Made by a program: the position numbers and the translations under genes
Part shown: positions 12,342 to 24,920 of the stretch, one piece after another
Layout of the letters: every line of letters begins with the position of its first letter
Numbering within the stretch: position 1 is the first letter of the stretch
The notes under the pieces: model-generated
Database searches by the model: none
Told to the model about the DNA's origin: nothing
What the model saw: the letters and a program-made list of their open reading frames with translations, nothing else
Origin: Pavona decussata
Lineage: Eukaryota
Direction: 5' to 3'
DNA: 64,000 nt
Assembly (NCBI GenBank): GCA_977016875.1
Contig: CDRNST010000354.1
Location: 930,001 to 994,000 of the forward strand

Positions 12342-13553
12342 GAACGTGTGTTCTCAGCTGATGCAACAATGCTAGGGCTTTTGGCAGCGTAGGAAAATGG
12401 GGTATATTAGTCTTGTTTTGATGCATTTCTACGAAGTGAACCGTCAACAATGCTTACTCCTAAGTAGTGATTAACTTTTTTCCTGTGTAGTCCAAAACAA
12501 CAAAAAAAGTAATGATTGTTTCACATGTGTAAAATCCAAATATATTTTAAAAAGTATGATAATGTCATTTAAAACTTATTGCAATGTCACTAAAAATGCA
12601 TTGTAACACAGCAAAATCCAAAGAGGGAAGCCCACCCAAACCCTTCCTAACCTCCACCGTTTTGTTTTTTAATTATTGGAAACCCTCGAGACTACACTGT
12701 ATTTCCACTCGTAATAACTATGTATACGTTTTATGTATTAACTGAGATATACAACGTGCATGCATATACAAACTTACCATCTAAAATAATGGAGATATAC
12801 TTCTTGGGATTATTTCTGGCTTTGCTGGCATGTTTGTATTTCTCTCTCTCGCATCTAAAATTGAAGCAGTTAGATGATTTTAAGAAGAATAGTGTGGTTC
12901 TAATCAAAGTGACATTATCGTTTATTCGTGGATATGGCGATGGAAGTGGCCGTTGATGCCATGGGGTTAACTCAAAGTTGGCTTTAATTTAGAGAGATTG
13001 GCTACTGGATACCTGGACCCAGCTGTGTTTATAAGCAACAGAGCACTGTCACTCAATCATTCTTATAACTATTCAATTGATAAAGAAGCTACAAAAATAT
13101 GCTCACTGAACAAGGGGCATTCCCTGTATACTATAAGACAAAACCTCACCTTACCTGTTTCCCGTCGCTCACCAATCATCTGGAGAGGAGATGGCTGATA
13201 TTCAGGCTATGTTTAATCCGACAAGACCCTGGCTTCTGTTGAAAACTGTGATAACAGATAAAAGGTCAAACTTCTTATTAGCCATCTCTTTTAATTTACA
13301 GAAAATTCAATACTTAGTAGTGAGTAATGAATTATGAAATATGTTCAGTTATTTATTTTTACAGTGCAATCTTAGTTATTTGAACCTTCAATTTTTCTAC
13401 ACTCCCGATTCTTTGAACCAGTAGTTGTTAATTCTCTTGGATTTGCTTCAGTGAGAGTTTTACGTCCTATTTTTTGAACAAAATTCAGTTTTCCTGGGTG
13501 GTTAAAAAAATTGGGTTTAAGCTTGCTGAAGCTTCTTGTTGATAAGATTCCAT

Positions 13554-13908
13554 TTAAATTTCGGGGATGTAATTCATTTCAGAGTCATGCAAATCTTCTA
13601 AATCCTCCTCGACCTCCTCAGGCTCTTCGGACTCCTCGGGCTCCTTGGACTCTTCTGATAACCGTAAAGAAGAAGAGGAACACATTCTGAAATGGACTAT
13701 GTGGAGTAAATCGCAAAGAAATCTAGAAACAAGAGACGCAATCGATATCGCTGGTCCCTGGCGTGACGTTTTAACCATTTCTTTTCCCATGCTTCCTGGA
13801 ACATGTTGGTGCAACAAGACAGTCCCACTTTTTTTTTTTACTGGAGTACTTTAGAAAGAAAGTATATTTATTTTGCCGAATAAAAAGATCTACTGTTAGG
13901 TGCACTGT
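13554..13908 (-). mobile_element. Probable Kolobok-type terminus followed by an acidic ORF start (candidate first exon of the KolX-like gene)
   Basis: Minus strand ttacagtgcacctaacagtagatctttttattcggcaaaataaatatactttctttctaaag closely matches 45389-45450 (TTAA|AGTGCACC...). It is followed by MCSSSSLRLSEESKEPEESEEPEEVEEDLEDL. Confidence 0.5.
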
Positions 13909-14813
13909 AACATAATAAGTAGTTGATGATAATAGAAGTTTGAGTACCCATGATGCAATGATCTTTTTGTTGCTGAAAGTAAACAAATATAATACAATAA
14001 GGCATGTGAAATTGAACAAAAACTAAAAGGATCTAGAATATTTTGTCCTTACAAAAAAATAATAAAAACAACACTTTAACTACATAAAACGACCTCAGAG
14101 ATGGCTGACACTGTGGAATGCATGGCAGCTCTACTGGAGTCGTGTTTTGCTTGAGTTATAATGCACTGAAAAGAACAAATTAAGTGCACATAAACAAGGA
14201 AAGCCTGTGGATTTAATTTGCATCATGATGTAGGCATTGGAAATTACCGAAGGAGAGGCAGTTAATTTGTCTTCCAAAAGGGCAACATCACAAGGGAAAT
14301 AGACAACTCAACAATTCCAACGAAATGAAGAGAATTTATGAGGCAGAATCTGCAAATCAGCTTAAATCACCATTCATTAAGTAGCGGAATGTTCCCTGGA
14401 TCTCCCTCCTCCATTGATTTCGCACATTCTTCCGCTACAGTTGCCATGTAACCAAAACCATCATCTTTGTAAACTATAAAAATTGTATTATATCAGACGA
14501 TATGCAATAGACATGTATCCCGTGTAGCAGGTTTTGTTGAAGTTATTAAATAATGAAGTTTCCAGGAAACTCGACTTGATACTTAGATGTTTCAGATTTA
14601 AAATCGTCCAAGTGCTGTTCAACAAATTCCAGGTATTTGATTTCAAATTTCAATGACTCCCTGGTACAAACAAAGCAAGATTCATCAACTGTAGCATTTA
14701 CATAAATCTGCCTTTTTTGGGGTTGTCGACATTCCGGAACTTCTGTAGAACTTGTTGTTGGCACTGAGTAAGACCTTGATTTTGTAGATGCTGCAGAAGA
14801 TGACTTGGCCGCG

Positions 14814-15260
14814 AGTAGTACGTAATGAGGGGAATTAGCCTTGTTTAGGATTAGGTGACTAGGTGATTAGGTAGTGCCTTCCTGCATACTAATTTTTTGA
14901 CTTACTCCATACTAATAAGTGCCAAGGTTTACTAACAAGCATAACTCTAGTACAATAAAAACGATAAAGTTGCCTAGACTTGCCTTATTATGTTTTCGAA
15001 ATAAAAGTGCGCTTTCGTTGATCGTGTCATTTCACTATTGGATCTAAAGCTATATTTGCTTCCTTCTCGTTCCGTTTATTTCAAGCATTATCTTGAGATG
15101 CCTTACTCTGACCTGAATACTATCAAAAATGCTATGGTTACTTCTTCATGGACCTGCCTCAAAAAAGCATGGTACGATGTAGAAAGCGCATTGTTTAATC
15201 AAGAAGAGAAAAGCAGAGAAGATGCACTGTGGTTGCAAATTGCAAATTCAAGGCTTGGTG
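14814..15260 (+). mobile_element. Orphan terminal fragment of a second, related Polinton family
   Basis: Starts AGTAGTACGTAATG and shares CCTGCATACTAATTT, ACAATAAAAACGATA and TGCCTAGACTTGCC blocks with the reverse complement of the 38833 terminus. ATG at 15098 opens MPYSDLNTIKNAM..CLKKAWYDVESAL, weakly like Polinton exon 1. Confidence 0.6.
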
Positions 15261-16757
15261 AAAAAATTTGGGGTCCTTCTGCTTAAAAGATTAACAAGAA
15301 AGTAATGTGGCGAAGATTATTTCTCACTTGAGAGGAAAGGGCCTGGGGATAGCGACCCTGGCAAGAAATGTTTTATAAGACCTGGTATTGTCTATCCAAG
15401 CAAGAAAGTGGGAAAGTCCACAAAAAGTCACCATTGCTCCAAAAGGCGAACCCCTTTGAAACACGCTCAGAGAACAAGCCATAATTATATCAAACCATAT
15501 TTATTTACATACAGCTTTTAACAAAAGGAAGGCGAAACAAAAGTGAAATCTATTTACAACTGTTTGGGAAAGCTATTTACAAACACAAACTAAAATGTTC
15601 AAAGACAGTTCTTACAATGAAGTAACATCAAAGATGACTTTTTCATTTCATCTATCAGTAGAGTTTTCTAAATTAAAAGAAATCATTTTGAAGGAATGCA
15701 TTCCATTCCATTGTCTCCTCTGCCTTGTGATTAGCAGTTTTCTGACAATCCTTTGACAAAGAATGATGAAAGGGATTGAGATAACACTTGCTATCAAAAC
15801 AGTCAAATACACAGTGGAAGGAAGGTCGGATCTGTAAAAGCTGAAGTGGTCGAGTTATAAATATGAAAGGACTGCGTCAGGTTGAGGATGAGATGTGGTT
15901 CAGTTGTTGAAGAAATCTTGGCGGCTATCCTGTGAGGTGTTGTTGGTTTTGAAGTGTTGCAAATCTGTTATGATTTTAATAGGTCCAACGCCATCGACTC
16001 CCTCGTAATTAATTGGATTGTCCCTGATATCAAATGTTCTGTTTGGAGGCCTCGATGGAGAGGAAAAAATATCTGTCATCAGCATTTTGTCCCTTTTGTT
16101 CTGATAGTCCTTATTTTGTCCTTATTGTCTTTTTTATGACCTTTTTTGGTCGCTTTTATTTGCAATTTGATTAAGTAGTACCATAGTAAGAATAAGTAGT
16201 ACTTATAGTACCATAGTTAGAAGAACCGGCATTAAGATGATACTTTAGGGCTATAAACTTGGCTAAAATTTGGGCTCGTTGGTTTATATTGTTGATCCAA
16301 ATGGCTATGCTGCTTAAGACACCAATTTTTATGGGTAGAATGCAAGTACCTACAAGAACTTGGTCAATTTGGCTTATAGAAACTTTTGTGATTTATTTCA
16401 GCATTGTGAATCCGTTTACCTCGTGGAAAAGAAGCCACATCGCTACTAGCTTGGGGCCCAATCAGTGTTTTCACAACTTTTGAAAGTAGAAGTTGCATTT
16501 CCTCGAGTAGGAGAAGGAGTTGCAAGGCCCAAAGGTCCGTGCCTCTCGGGAGGCGCATAATCCAGCAGTTTTAGATTGAAAATGGAATATTTCAGATACC
16601 AAAAAACACTGATTATTTTATCTAGTAATTCCAGGCATAACATTGTACTTCTTTAGTTCAAACAAGAGTTCAAGAAAGCAATTGCAATTTTGACAGAGCA
16701 AAATAATCATGATGCATGTGTTTAATAATAAAAGAAATGAAAATATACTAGTTAATT

Positions 16758-17560
16758 TCAACCCATCTTCAATATTCTGAACAAACACCACTTGGTTGGG
16801 GTTGGCAGCTGTTCTTTCTTTTGTGTGGTCTCTTCCTTGATCTCTCGACGAATTTTGCTCTCCCAGTCAAGGATGTCATACTTTAACTTCTCCAATTCAA
16901 CTTTCACTCTCTCCTGTTGATCATCATCATCCTCAGGGAAGAAATGCTTTCCAATCAACTCGACCTCTACAAGGCCATTTGACTTGACAAGCTTAGGGCA
17001 TTTACAAAGAATCAAATATGGACAATGCTGTCACTTCTGCCAAAGACTCCTTGAACCGGTCATCTATATTTCTCACTACAGCATCGGTGCAGTGCACTAC
17101 CATCCGCTTCATATCCTTCACAACTCCGCCAGGAACTTCAGAATCAAGAAAATCTGCTTTTTTCAGCTTTTCTGTGGTAGATTTACAGTCCTCATTGGAC
17201 TTTGAGATGTTTGCATCTCTGTCAATTATATATTGTATATTTTTGTTCTCAGACCACAAGTTTTTAGACTACAAACGTTCATTGTAATTCATTACTTTGC
17301 TATAATGATTTTAGGTGTATACTGGGCCCCTCCAGATAAGAGCCCCGTAGCTGATTGGGCCACCCTGTCTTAAATAAAGTTCACTTACTTACTTACTTTA
17401 CAGAATCCGGACACGGTTTATGCGGCTGAAATCAACCATGACCTTTGGACAGAACATAGCGTAGAATGAACATTGTACTAAGAAACTTGGAAGTGTTCAT
17501 GTGATGCAACAGCCCTGCTGATGTGGCACATTTTCCTTCTAGTTTGAGAAGAAATGTTCT
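16758..17560 (-). mobile_element. hAT (ZNF862-like) transposase fragments
   Basis: ATSAGLLHHMNTSKFLSTMFILRYVL; VVRNIDDRFKESLAEVTALSIFD; HFFP..ELEKLKYDILDW..PTKWCL; frameshifted. Confidence 0.6.
17300..17398 (+). mobile_element. 3' tail of a CR1/L2-type LINE or derived SINE
   Basis: Stem-forming gggcccctc...gattgggccaccctg, then AATAAA and a (cactt/actt)n tail. Confidence 0.55.
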
Positions 17561-17569
17561 TTCAGCACT

Positions 17570-17980
17570 AGCCACCTTTGGAAGGTCCTTCAAAGAATAT
17601 GAATGATAGGGCTTCCTGTTGTCAACTATCCTGATCAAGGCTGGAATAAGTGTCAACCATCTAGACAGAAAATGACAAATAAACAGTTGCTCATCAACGC
17701 CAAGGTCAGTTTGTCCTTTAAAGTAATCTTCTTTACGTGCTGGGTGTGCTTTGATCTAATAGAAAACATCAAGGGCCAGTTCAGCATGCTGACCATACTC
17801 AAACAAGGCATGTTTAAGGCCATTATGCACAACATGAAAATTACACAGCAGTGACTGTGTCATCGAACTGCAACGTAAAAGGGGTGCCTTCTTTCCTGGT
17901 GGTTTTGCACAGCAGTTCTTGAAATAAGGTCCCAAACCATGTGAGAGCACGTTTAAAACCTTACTGTGACTAAGGGAAAA
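17570..17980 (-). mobile_element. Second hAT-like transposase fragment
   Basis: LSHGLGPYF...CNFHVVHN (CxxH-like motif)...HPARKEDY..HFLSRWLTL..ALIRI. Confidence 0.55.
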
Positions 17981-20797
17981 GTCAATTTTGCAGGGGGGGG
18001 GGGGGGACATGAACCGAAATAAGTCAAGCAAATCTTCACAGCTGTTTTAACGATAGTTGCTTACTGCTATTACTAAACTCTTATTTTAGATGACTGTTGT
18101 AATGATTGTCATGATCATCTTTTCCGCACTGTGCCCCTTCTTCAATGCTTACACAAGCGTCAAAACTAAGTTTACTCTGCCACATAATCCACCCTCTACA
18201 GGAAAGACACAGTGTTTATTTCATTAGCACTCATTTCTCTCCTTAGTTGAGGAATTTCCCTAACATCACAGTACCCAATGATATGCCAGTCATTATTAAA
18301 ATACACCTCAAATTTGATGCCATTTTTGTCCTTTCCGGTTCAATTTCAACACATACAGAAATGGCTTGTTCTTGCCTCTTGGCAGTATCACACTTCAGCT
18401 ATGCCTGTTGGTAATGTTCCTGGAATTAAGAACCCTTCACTTTAAATCTTTCTGCGTGGAAATCATCGTTTGATTTACAGTCTTGATCATTATTTTCATT
18501 AGTTTCACTTGCATTAGTGCCTCCCACAACTAATGTATCAATGTATGATAGTTTTGGTACACTTCCTGATGAATTTTCAATGCATGCAAAGGATACAAAA
18601 CATTTCATACTTGGCGAAAAATTGCTGCAGTTGAATTCAGCTTCCTCCAGGTCAACAGGATTAAAGCAAGGATCAATAGCTTTTGCTTTAACAATGATTG
18701 AAGCCTGAACAACAGCCGCTGACGAATTTTGGCGTAACACTTCAAAATCCCATTTAATGGCCCTGATTTATTCTCTACTGTTGTCATCAGGATTAACAAA
18801 CTAAAGAAAACAATTGAATGAGACGATAACATTACCTTTCATTATTCCGAGACATACGATCAACAAATGGTTGTTCATAAACTTACTCCTCGATAAAAAA
18901 ATAAATCTTATTAAACAACAATATACTCACAGTGGTGTCGCAACTAGAATTTATGCAAGTCATGACTGACTCAGTAATCCATCGAACAGTTCATCAACTA
19001 CACAATCTTGAACAAATTTTGGGACTAAGCAAACGTGTCATTAGGACATACTTTTAAGGTAACTCCTATTAATTTCCTTGCAACACAATGCTGTACAGGA
19101 GAAACCTTTTAAATTTGCACTAAATTCTTCTGCTGGTACGCAAAGAACATAGCTCAGGCTGGTTACTTGAAAAACAGCATTTTGCTTGATAACACATTGT
19201 CAAGTTGTCACACATCTTTGAACGATAGGCAGGGTCTGCCCCCTCAGAGAGACTGATAATATACTTGAAAACGCAAAGGCCTCTGGGATGCTATTCCCCC
19301 CTGGCATGTGCAAGGGAATAGCATTCGTTATGTCTAAGATGTATAAGATTATGCAAATATGCTGGTGTAGAAAAACGAATTACCTTAAAAGTTAGTTGGT
19401 CAAAACGTCATTTTCTTTATTTCATTTTCTGTCAACTAGTGACTTAATTTGACAATTTTAAAATCACTTCTCGTGAAGACACATCATTTGCTGTACAGTT
19501 TTGTACACCAATTCCAGTCCCTGTAAAAAGAAATATAATTAACTTAGCATTTCTAACAAATTTCATTAGAGTTTGAAGCGTGAATTTAATGATTAATTGT
19601 TATTAAGTTGAAGCGCAAATTTAAGTATAATTGCATTATTAATTAAACTAATTACCAAGTCAATTGTAAGGTATAAAGACTTATATTCTTCACAATTACA
19701 GATTTTTCAAGTCACACCAGCCTACACAGGAGTAACACCGTCAAAAATGTTTTAAAATATGCATTATTCCTTTCACAATGGGAACTATGCATTGTTGTTC
19801 AAATTATTTGTCTATCACTGAAAATACCTCATACCTGTCTTCCTTGCAATTGGCAATAGCAAAACGACAAACTGATTTGTAGCTCTGATTTTTCAGGAAA
19901 GATGTTTCCATATGGACTACCCCAATAAGGACCTGATTTGGACATCAAAATCGTCAAAATTAAACTAGATGGAAAGGTATGATGAAGCGTTAATGAAAAC
20001 CTGATGAGACAGGAATCATACAAATGGAGGGAAATGGAATTGCAAACAAAAGGTCAAAAAATATATTGATATAAATTTTGTTTAGGCACTTAAATGACTG
20101 ATTAAATCATATGGTTTAATCATTGTATACTTGTTCTCATGGCTATGTCAGCAAATAGGTCAACCTTGACTAACATTAATAACTGTTGAGATCCATTTCC
20201 TGAAGGGTGTATATCATTTATTGTATTAGGACTTTATCTTCCTCGATGTCAGGTTTTTTTGGTATGTATTTGGAACCTTCTCTTCTCTTGTTTCAGACAA
20301 AGATTCTCTTGGAGTAGTCACCAATTATTATTATCTCTACTTGATATATTGAAAAAAGTTTCAGCCTCATTTTATCCTAATGTCTAGTTTACCTCTATGC
20401 AGCACAACCAGGGAAGCCAGTTCGTCAGAATAACTAGAAACCTGAGTGAAGTTCTTACCAAAAAATGGTCTACCATCAAGTCTGAGGTTGACTGTATGTC
20501 TTTCTTTCCCTGACCATGAAGTCTCATCTCCCTGATGATGCGGGTAACAACACAACCAGGAGAAACTTGATACCCCGGGATGTCAGGATCTTTTAATTCT
20601 GTAAGGCTCAGTAAACAGTGCACCTTACCAAACACCATTTACGTGTAGTGAGTTTCAACTGATATGTCATAAAACATTGCCAACATTTTGCCTCATTTAA
20701 ATCCTACAGAGGCTATGAAAATCCAACAAGACCAGACGACAGACAGCTTCAAGAAGTTAGGAGGTAATTTGCAACTGCTGTTTTCTCTTCTATCTCT

Positions 20798-21030
20798 NNN
20801 NNNNNNNNNNNNNNNNNNNNNNNNNNNNNNNNNNNNNNNNNNNNNNNNNNNNNNNNNNNNNNNNNNNNNNNNNNNNNNNNNNNNNNNNNNNNNNNNNNNN
20901 NNNNNNNNNNNNNNNNNNNNNNNNNNNNNNNNNNNNNNNNNNNNNNNNNNNNNNNNNNNNNNNNNNNNNNNNNNNNNNNNNNNNNNNNNNNNNNNNNNNN
21001 NNNNNNNNNNNNNNNNNNNNNNNNNNNNNN
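20798..21030. other. Assembly gap (N run)
   Basis: Run of n. Confidence 1.
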
Positions 21031-21704
21031 TTAGCAACATTACAAGCTTGCTTTGCAATTGACGCACAAATCTTCTCCAAAGGAAATTTTGAAGATGTAA
21101 TGAGTACAAGTATGAGACCATGTCAGTACTGGCTTCACTCTGATGGGAAAGTCAATTGCTGTCCCTTGCCCATGTCTATGTAAATGATACATCCAATAGT
21201 CGGGCAACCACTTTAGGCGAACAAAATCTTCCTTCAAATACAAAATGTGACCTCGATGTTCCGATGGTGTCCCTTCTTGGTATGTCACATATCGCCACAC
21301 GTCCAGATTACAATTTACATAAAAGGAAAGTAGGAAAGTAATGAAGTACTTTTTAACCTTTATTTATACATGATAAAATATTAAAGCTTATCAGCTGGTG
21401 GGGTTGTGTAATAATCTAATGCTAAAATAGCTAGGCATTAGCCACTTGTTGAAATTTGATAGGATACAAAGGAGTGGCCCTGCATTGTTTAGTTTAGTTT
21501 AGTTTCACTTTTGCATCATTGTGATTAAAATATGACCCTCCCTAACAGTTTATATGCACAAAAAACAGAACAGATATTCTGATTTTGAAGTTCTGTGAAA
21601 TATCCATAGACTGCCTATTCCTTAGAAGATCATAAAAAAGTCAGAGTGTGAGGGAAGACTCAAAAGCCAAAGCTATAATGGAAAGTGTAAAGCTAAACTG
21701 GTAA

Positions 21705-22180
21705 ATAAATGTTCTGCTTGCTTTGAGAGGCTTTTTTTTTAATTTCCCGCATCTTATCGATTTTTCTAACTTTTGTTGTTTGATGTCGCGTCCCTGAGAC
21801 TGAAAGGACTTTCTTATTTGGGAAATTCTTCTGTAAGATTATTGTTATCCCTTAAGATTGTAGACACTGAATTCTGTAGGTCTGCCAACATGTCTTAATT
21901 GTGTTAGCGTTGGTTCTTCTTGGCACTGAGCGGAACCTGCTTGGTTGTCCGCCATGTTTGCTTTGTCCGCCTCAGATGGAGATGATTGTGTATTGGGTTT
22001 TTTGCTTTACTGTAGGAGACTCTTCCAAGGATCCCCGCTCTCCTCGTTTCTTCTTCTTGTCATTCGTCATTAACTCCTGCACTTAAACCTTGAATACATT
22101 CGAATACATTTTTGAGGAAAGTGAAATTGAGCCGTTCAAAGAACACATCTGCCTCCACAGACTCTGCGCATGTCGCGGAA
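21705..22180 (-). mobile_element. 5' UTR and ORF1 start of an L1/Tx1-type LINE, inverted relative to the adjacent ORF2 fragment
   Basis: Minus strand begins CTTCCGCGACATGCGCAGAGTCTGTGGAGGCAGATGTGTT (L1/Tx1-like 5' end), then MTNDKKKKRGERGSLEESPT...NMADNQ..EEPTLTQL and a coiled-coil-like region. Confidence 0.5.
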
Positions 22181-22183
22181 GAT

Positions 22184-24612
22184 CTGTTAACTCTTTTGGA
22201 GATATTTCAGGACTACGACTAAATATTGAAAAAACTAAAGCCATGTGGCTTGGGAAATGGGCAAATTGGACAACCAAACCATGAAGTCTTAAGTGGGTTA
22301 AAAATCCAACCAAGATTTTAGGAATGTATTTTTCATATGATATTAAAGACAACAACCAGCTAAATTTTGATCATAAAATCCAAAAACTTCAAACAAATCT
22401 TGATATGTGGAGATCAAGAGATTTAACATTATTTGGTAAAGGGTTAATAATCAAGACACTTGGTATTTCCAATTTTGTGTACTCTGCCTCAAATATTGAC
22501 GTACCGAAGGAGGTCATTAAGGTTACCCGGTACCTTCAGAGGTGTCTTCAGAGGTGTCTCGCATCCAAGCGATGTAGCGCGTCCGGTTTAAACTGTAGAT
22601 ACCTGAACCTTTATATCAAATTAAAGCTTATAGAGCTGGCTATCCAACTAAACCAAGAATTTTGAAATATAATGAATTGCCGAATTTTTAGCGCTGTTTT
22701 TTCGAATAAATTTTTTTCACTTGGAGGAGCAACTTCAAAGAGCTAAAACTCAAATGGAATTTGTTCGTTTGCCTTCAAATTTGGACAGTAGCTAGTTTAA
22801 CATATAAACAACAAAAACATGTTTGCGAATTTTATCTTTCGAAATATTTTTTCTCCGAGAGCGATTTTTGTACGATTACTCCACATTTTTTTCATCCTAT
22901 TTCGAAAATGCTCTATAACTTCTCACTGCGATTGAATATGGCAAAATGCAGAAGCGTTTTTTTAGCGCTTTGGGTCCGGAAACTGAGGAGCAAATTAAAT
23001 TAGCAACAAACAAAATTCACTTTAACTTGTAGCTTTAAAAAGGTGATTCGGACGCTCGCAATTAGAGGTCGTGAAAAATTCGACAATTTATTTTATTTCA
23101 AAATTCTTGGTATGGTTTGATAGTCAGCTCCATAAGCTTTAATTTGATACAGGGCTTTAGGTATCTACAGTTTAAACTGGACGCGCTACATCGCTTAAAC
23201 GCGAGACACCTCTGAAGGTCCCGGGTAACCTTAAGAATGTTCAAGGTCACTTGTTCAAATTTCTATGGAAAAATAAAGGGGATAAGATTAAAAGAGTAGT
23301 AGTTTACCAGGATTACGAGAAAGGTGGTTTGCGTATGAGTCATTAAGAAACTATGATAAAAGCACTAAGGCTAGCATGGATTCCTAGGCTCTTGAATAAC
23401 GGCCATCCGCATTGAAAAACAGTTCCAAACTACCACTTCAAGAAATGGGGAGGACTTGACTTCTCTTTGTCGACGAACTGAAAACCCTCTATGGTCATAA
23501 AGGCATCTCTGGTTTGCTCCTTTTTAATAATAGAGACATACTCATTGATGAGAAACCTTTCTTTTTTCAAGAATGGTTTGTAGCTGGAATCAAAACTATA
23601 ATGGATCTTTTAGATACAGACGGCCAATTTCTTTCTTTTCCCGATCTTAAATCCAAGTTCTCCTTACTAAAGACCTCTTTTTTACACTATTATCAAGTGG
23701 TAAGCGCAATTCCAAACTTTTTACTTAAAAGGGCGAAAGAATTAATACTGTCTTCTATTGAAATCTCCTTGGATGAGGTAACGTCCTTCCATCTGGATGA
23801 AAGCACGACAATAAATCTGTCGAGCATAAAATCTAAAGATTTCTATTGGCTTTTGATTAATAAAATCCACACAGGGTTACATGCCAGCCCAAAACGTTGA
23901 ACGAAATCGGTCCCTTCGAGTATAATAAACTGGCAGAAAGTCTTCTCCACGATTGGCAAGTGCACTAAAGAAAAAAAAACTGCGTGAATTTCATTTTAAG
24001 TTTATTCACAGAATAGTTGTTGTCAAAAAAGAACTTTTTAGATTTAAACTTAAGGAAGACATTGACTGCATTTACTGAGGAGAGGCAGATTCCATTGATC
24101 ACTCCTTTATCGATTGTGTGTTTATAAAATCATTCAGCGGGAAAGTGCTGCAATGGTTTAATGCTGTTAATACCTCCTCCTTTTCACTCTGTGCTATGGA
24201 ATTGCTTTTTGGTTTGGTAAACAAATCTGACGTTTTGGCGAAAAAGCTAAGTTACACCCTCCTCTTTATGCGATATTATATTTATAAGAGAAAACTCCTG
24301 ACTGATTCATTGCTGGTTTCTGGCTTTATTAATCAGATTAATTATAAGTGCAGATTAGAAGGATTGTTATAGAGCCACCATCTCTGTAAACATAATACCA
24401 TTGTAAATATCACACTAGTCTTGTAAGAACCTCTATTGTATCCTTTATCTTCTCAGCTTCTTTGTTTGTTTGCATGTAATTTATTCGTTTTCAGTTAGGG
24501 ATAATTGCATTTGTATATCTGCTTCTTTTATTTTCCTTTGTCCTTGTGTAACTACTTTGTAACATCGGCCTGTGTTATTTACAATAAATTTATTATACAC
24601 TTCAAAAAAAAA
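22184..24612 (+). mobile_element. 5'-truncated L1/Tx1-clade LINE (RT C-terminus, zf-RVT, 3' UTR, poly(A))
   Basis: FGDISGLRLNIEKTKAMWLG; KILGMYF; WRSRDLTLFGK.LIIKTLGIS; FKFLWKNK.DKIKR..YEKGGL; LREFHFKFIHRIV; CIY*GEADSIDHSFIDC; AATAAA at 24585 and A-tail at 24604-24612; many stops and frameshifts. Confidence 0.9.
22521..23230. mobile_element. 710-bp TTAA-targeting MITE (Kolobok-type GG termini) with long TIRs, inserted in the LINE ORF2
   Basis: TTAA|GGTTACCCGG...CCGGGTAACC|TTAA with ~170-bp imperfect TIRs. Removing the element and one TTAA restores EVIK-NVQGHLFKFLW. Confidence 0.92.
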
Positions 24613-24920
24613 TTGTTTCGTTTCGTATACTGATGTTGCAATCCTTCAAAATCCTGTAGATGATCAATTCTTTTCAGAGCCAGTATAGTCTCCTTGCAGG
24701 CATCATGCCTATTGCTTTTGTTATGGTAGATAAAGCGAACAATATCATTTGTTTTCTCCACTCCTTGGCCAGTAAATGATTTTAAGCAGCTGCCATCCTT
24801 CAGGAATTTAGGTACATGGTCCATCAGGATGTGAAGATAAGGGGTGATAGCTGCATTTCCAAAACCAGATACCTCTCCACCAAGGGACAAAAACAGTTTT
24901 ATCCATTTGGTTGCTTGTTT
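24613..24920 (-). mobile_element. C-terminal exon of a RAG1/Transib-related transposase
   Basis: WIKLFLSLG...ITPYLHILMDHVPKFLKDGSCLKSFTGQGVEKTND parallels RAG1 [32 protein letters not shown] (Zn-binding His pair and catalytic Glu); cut at the LINE poly(A). Confidence 0.75.

Noticed and set aside
20688-21121. ORFs containing X runs
   Set aside because: Artefacts of the N gap.
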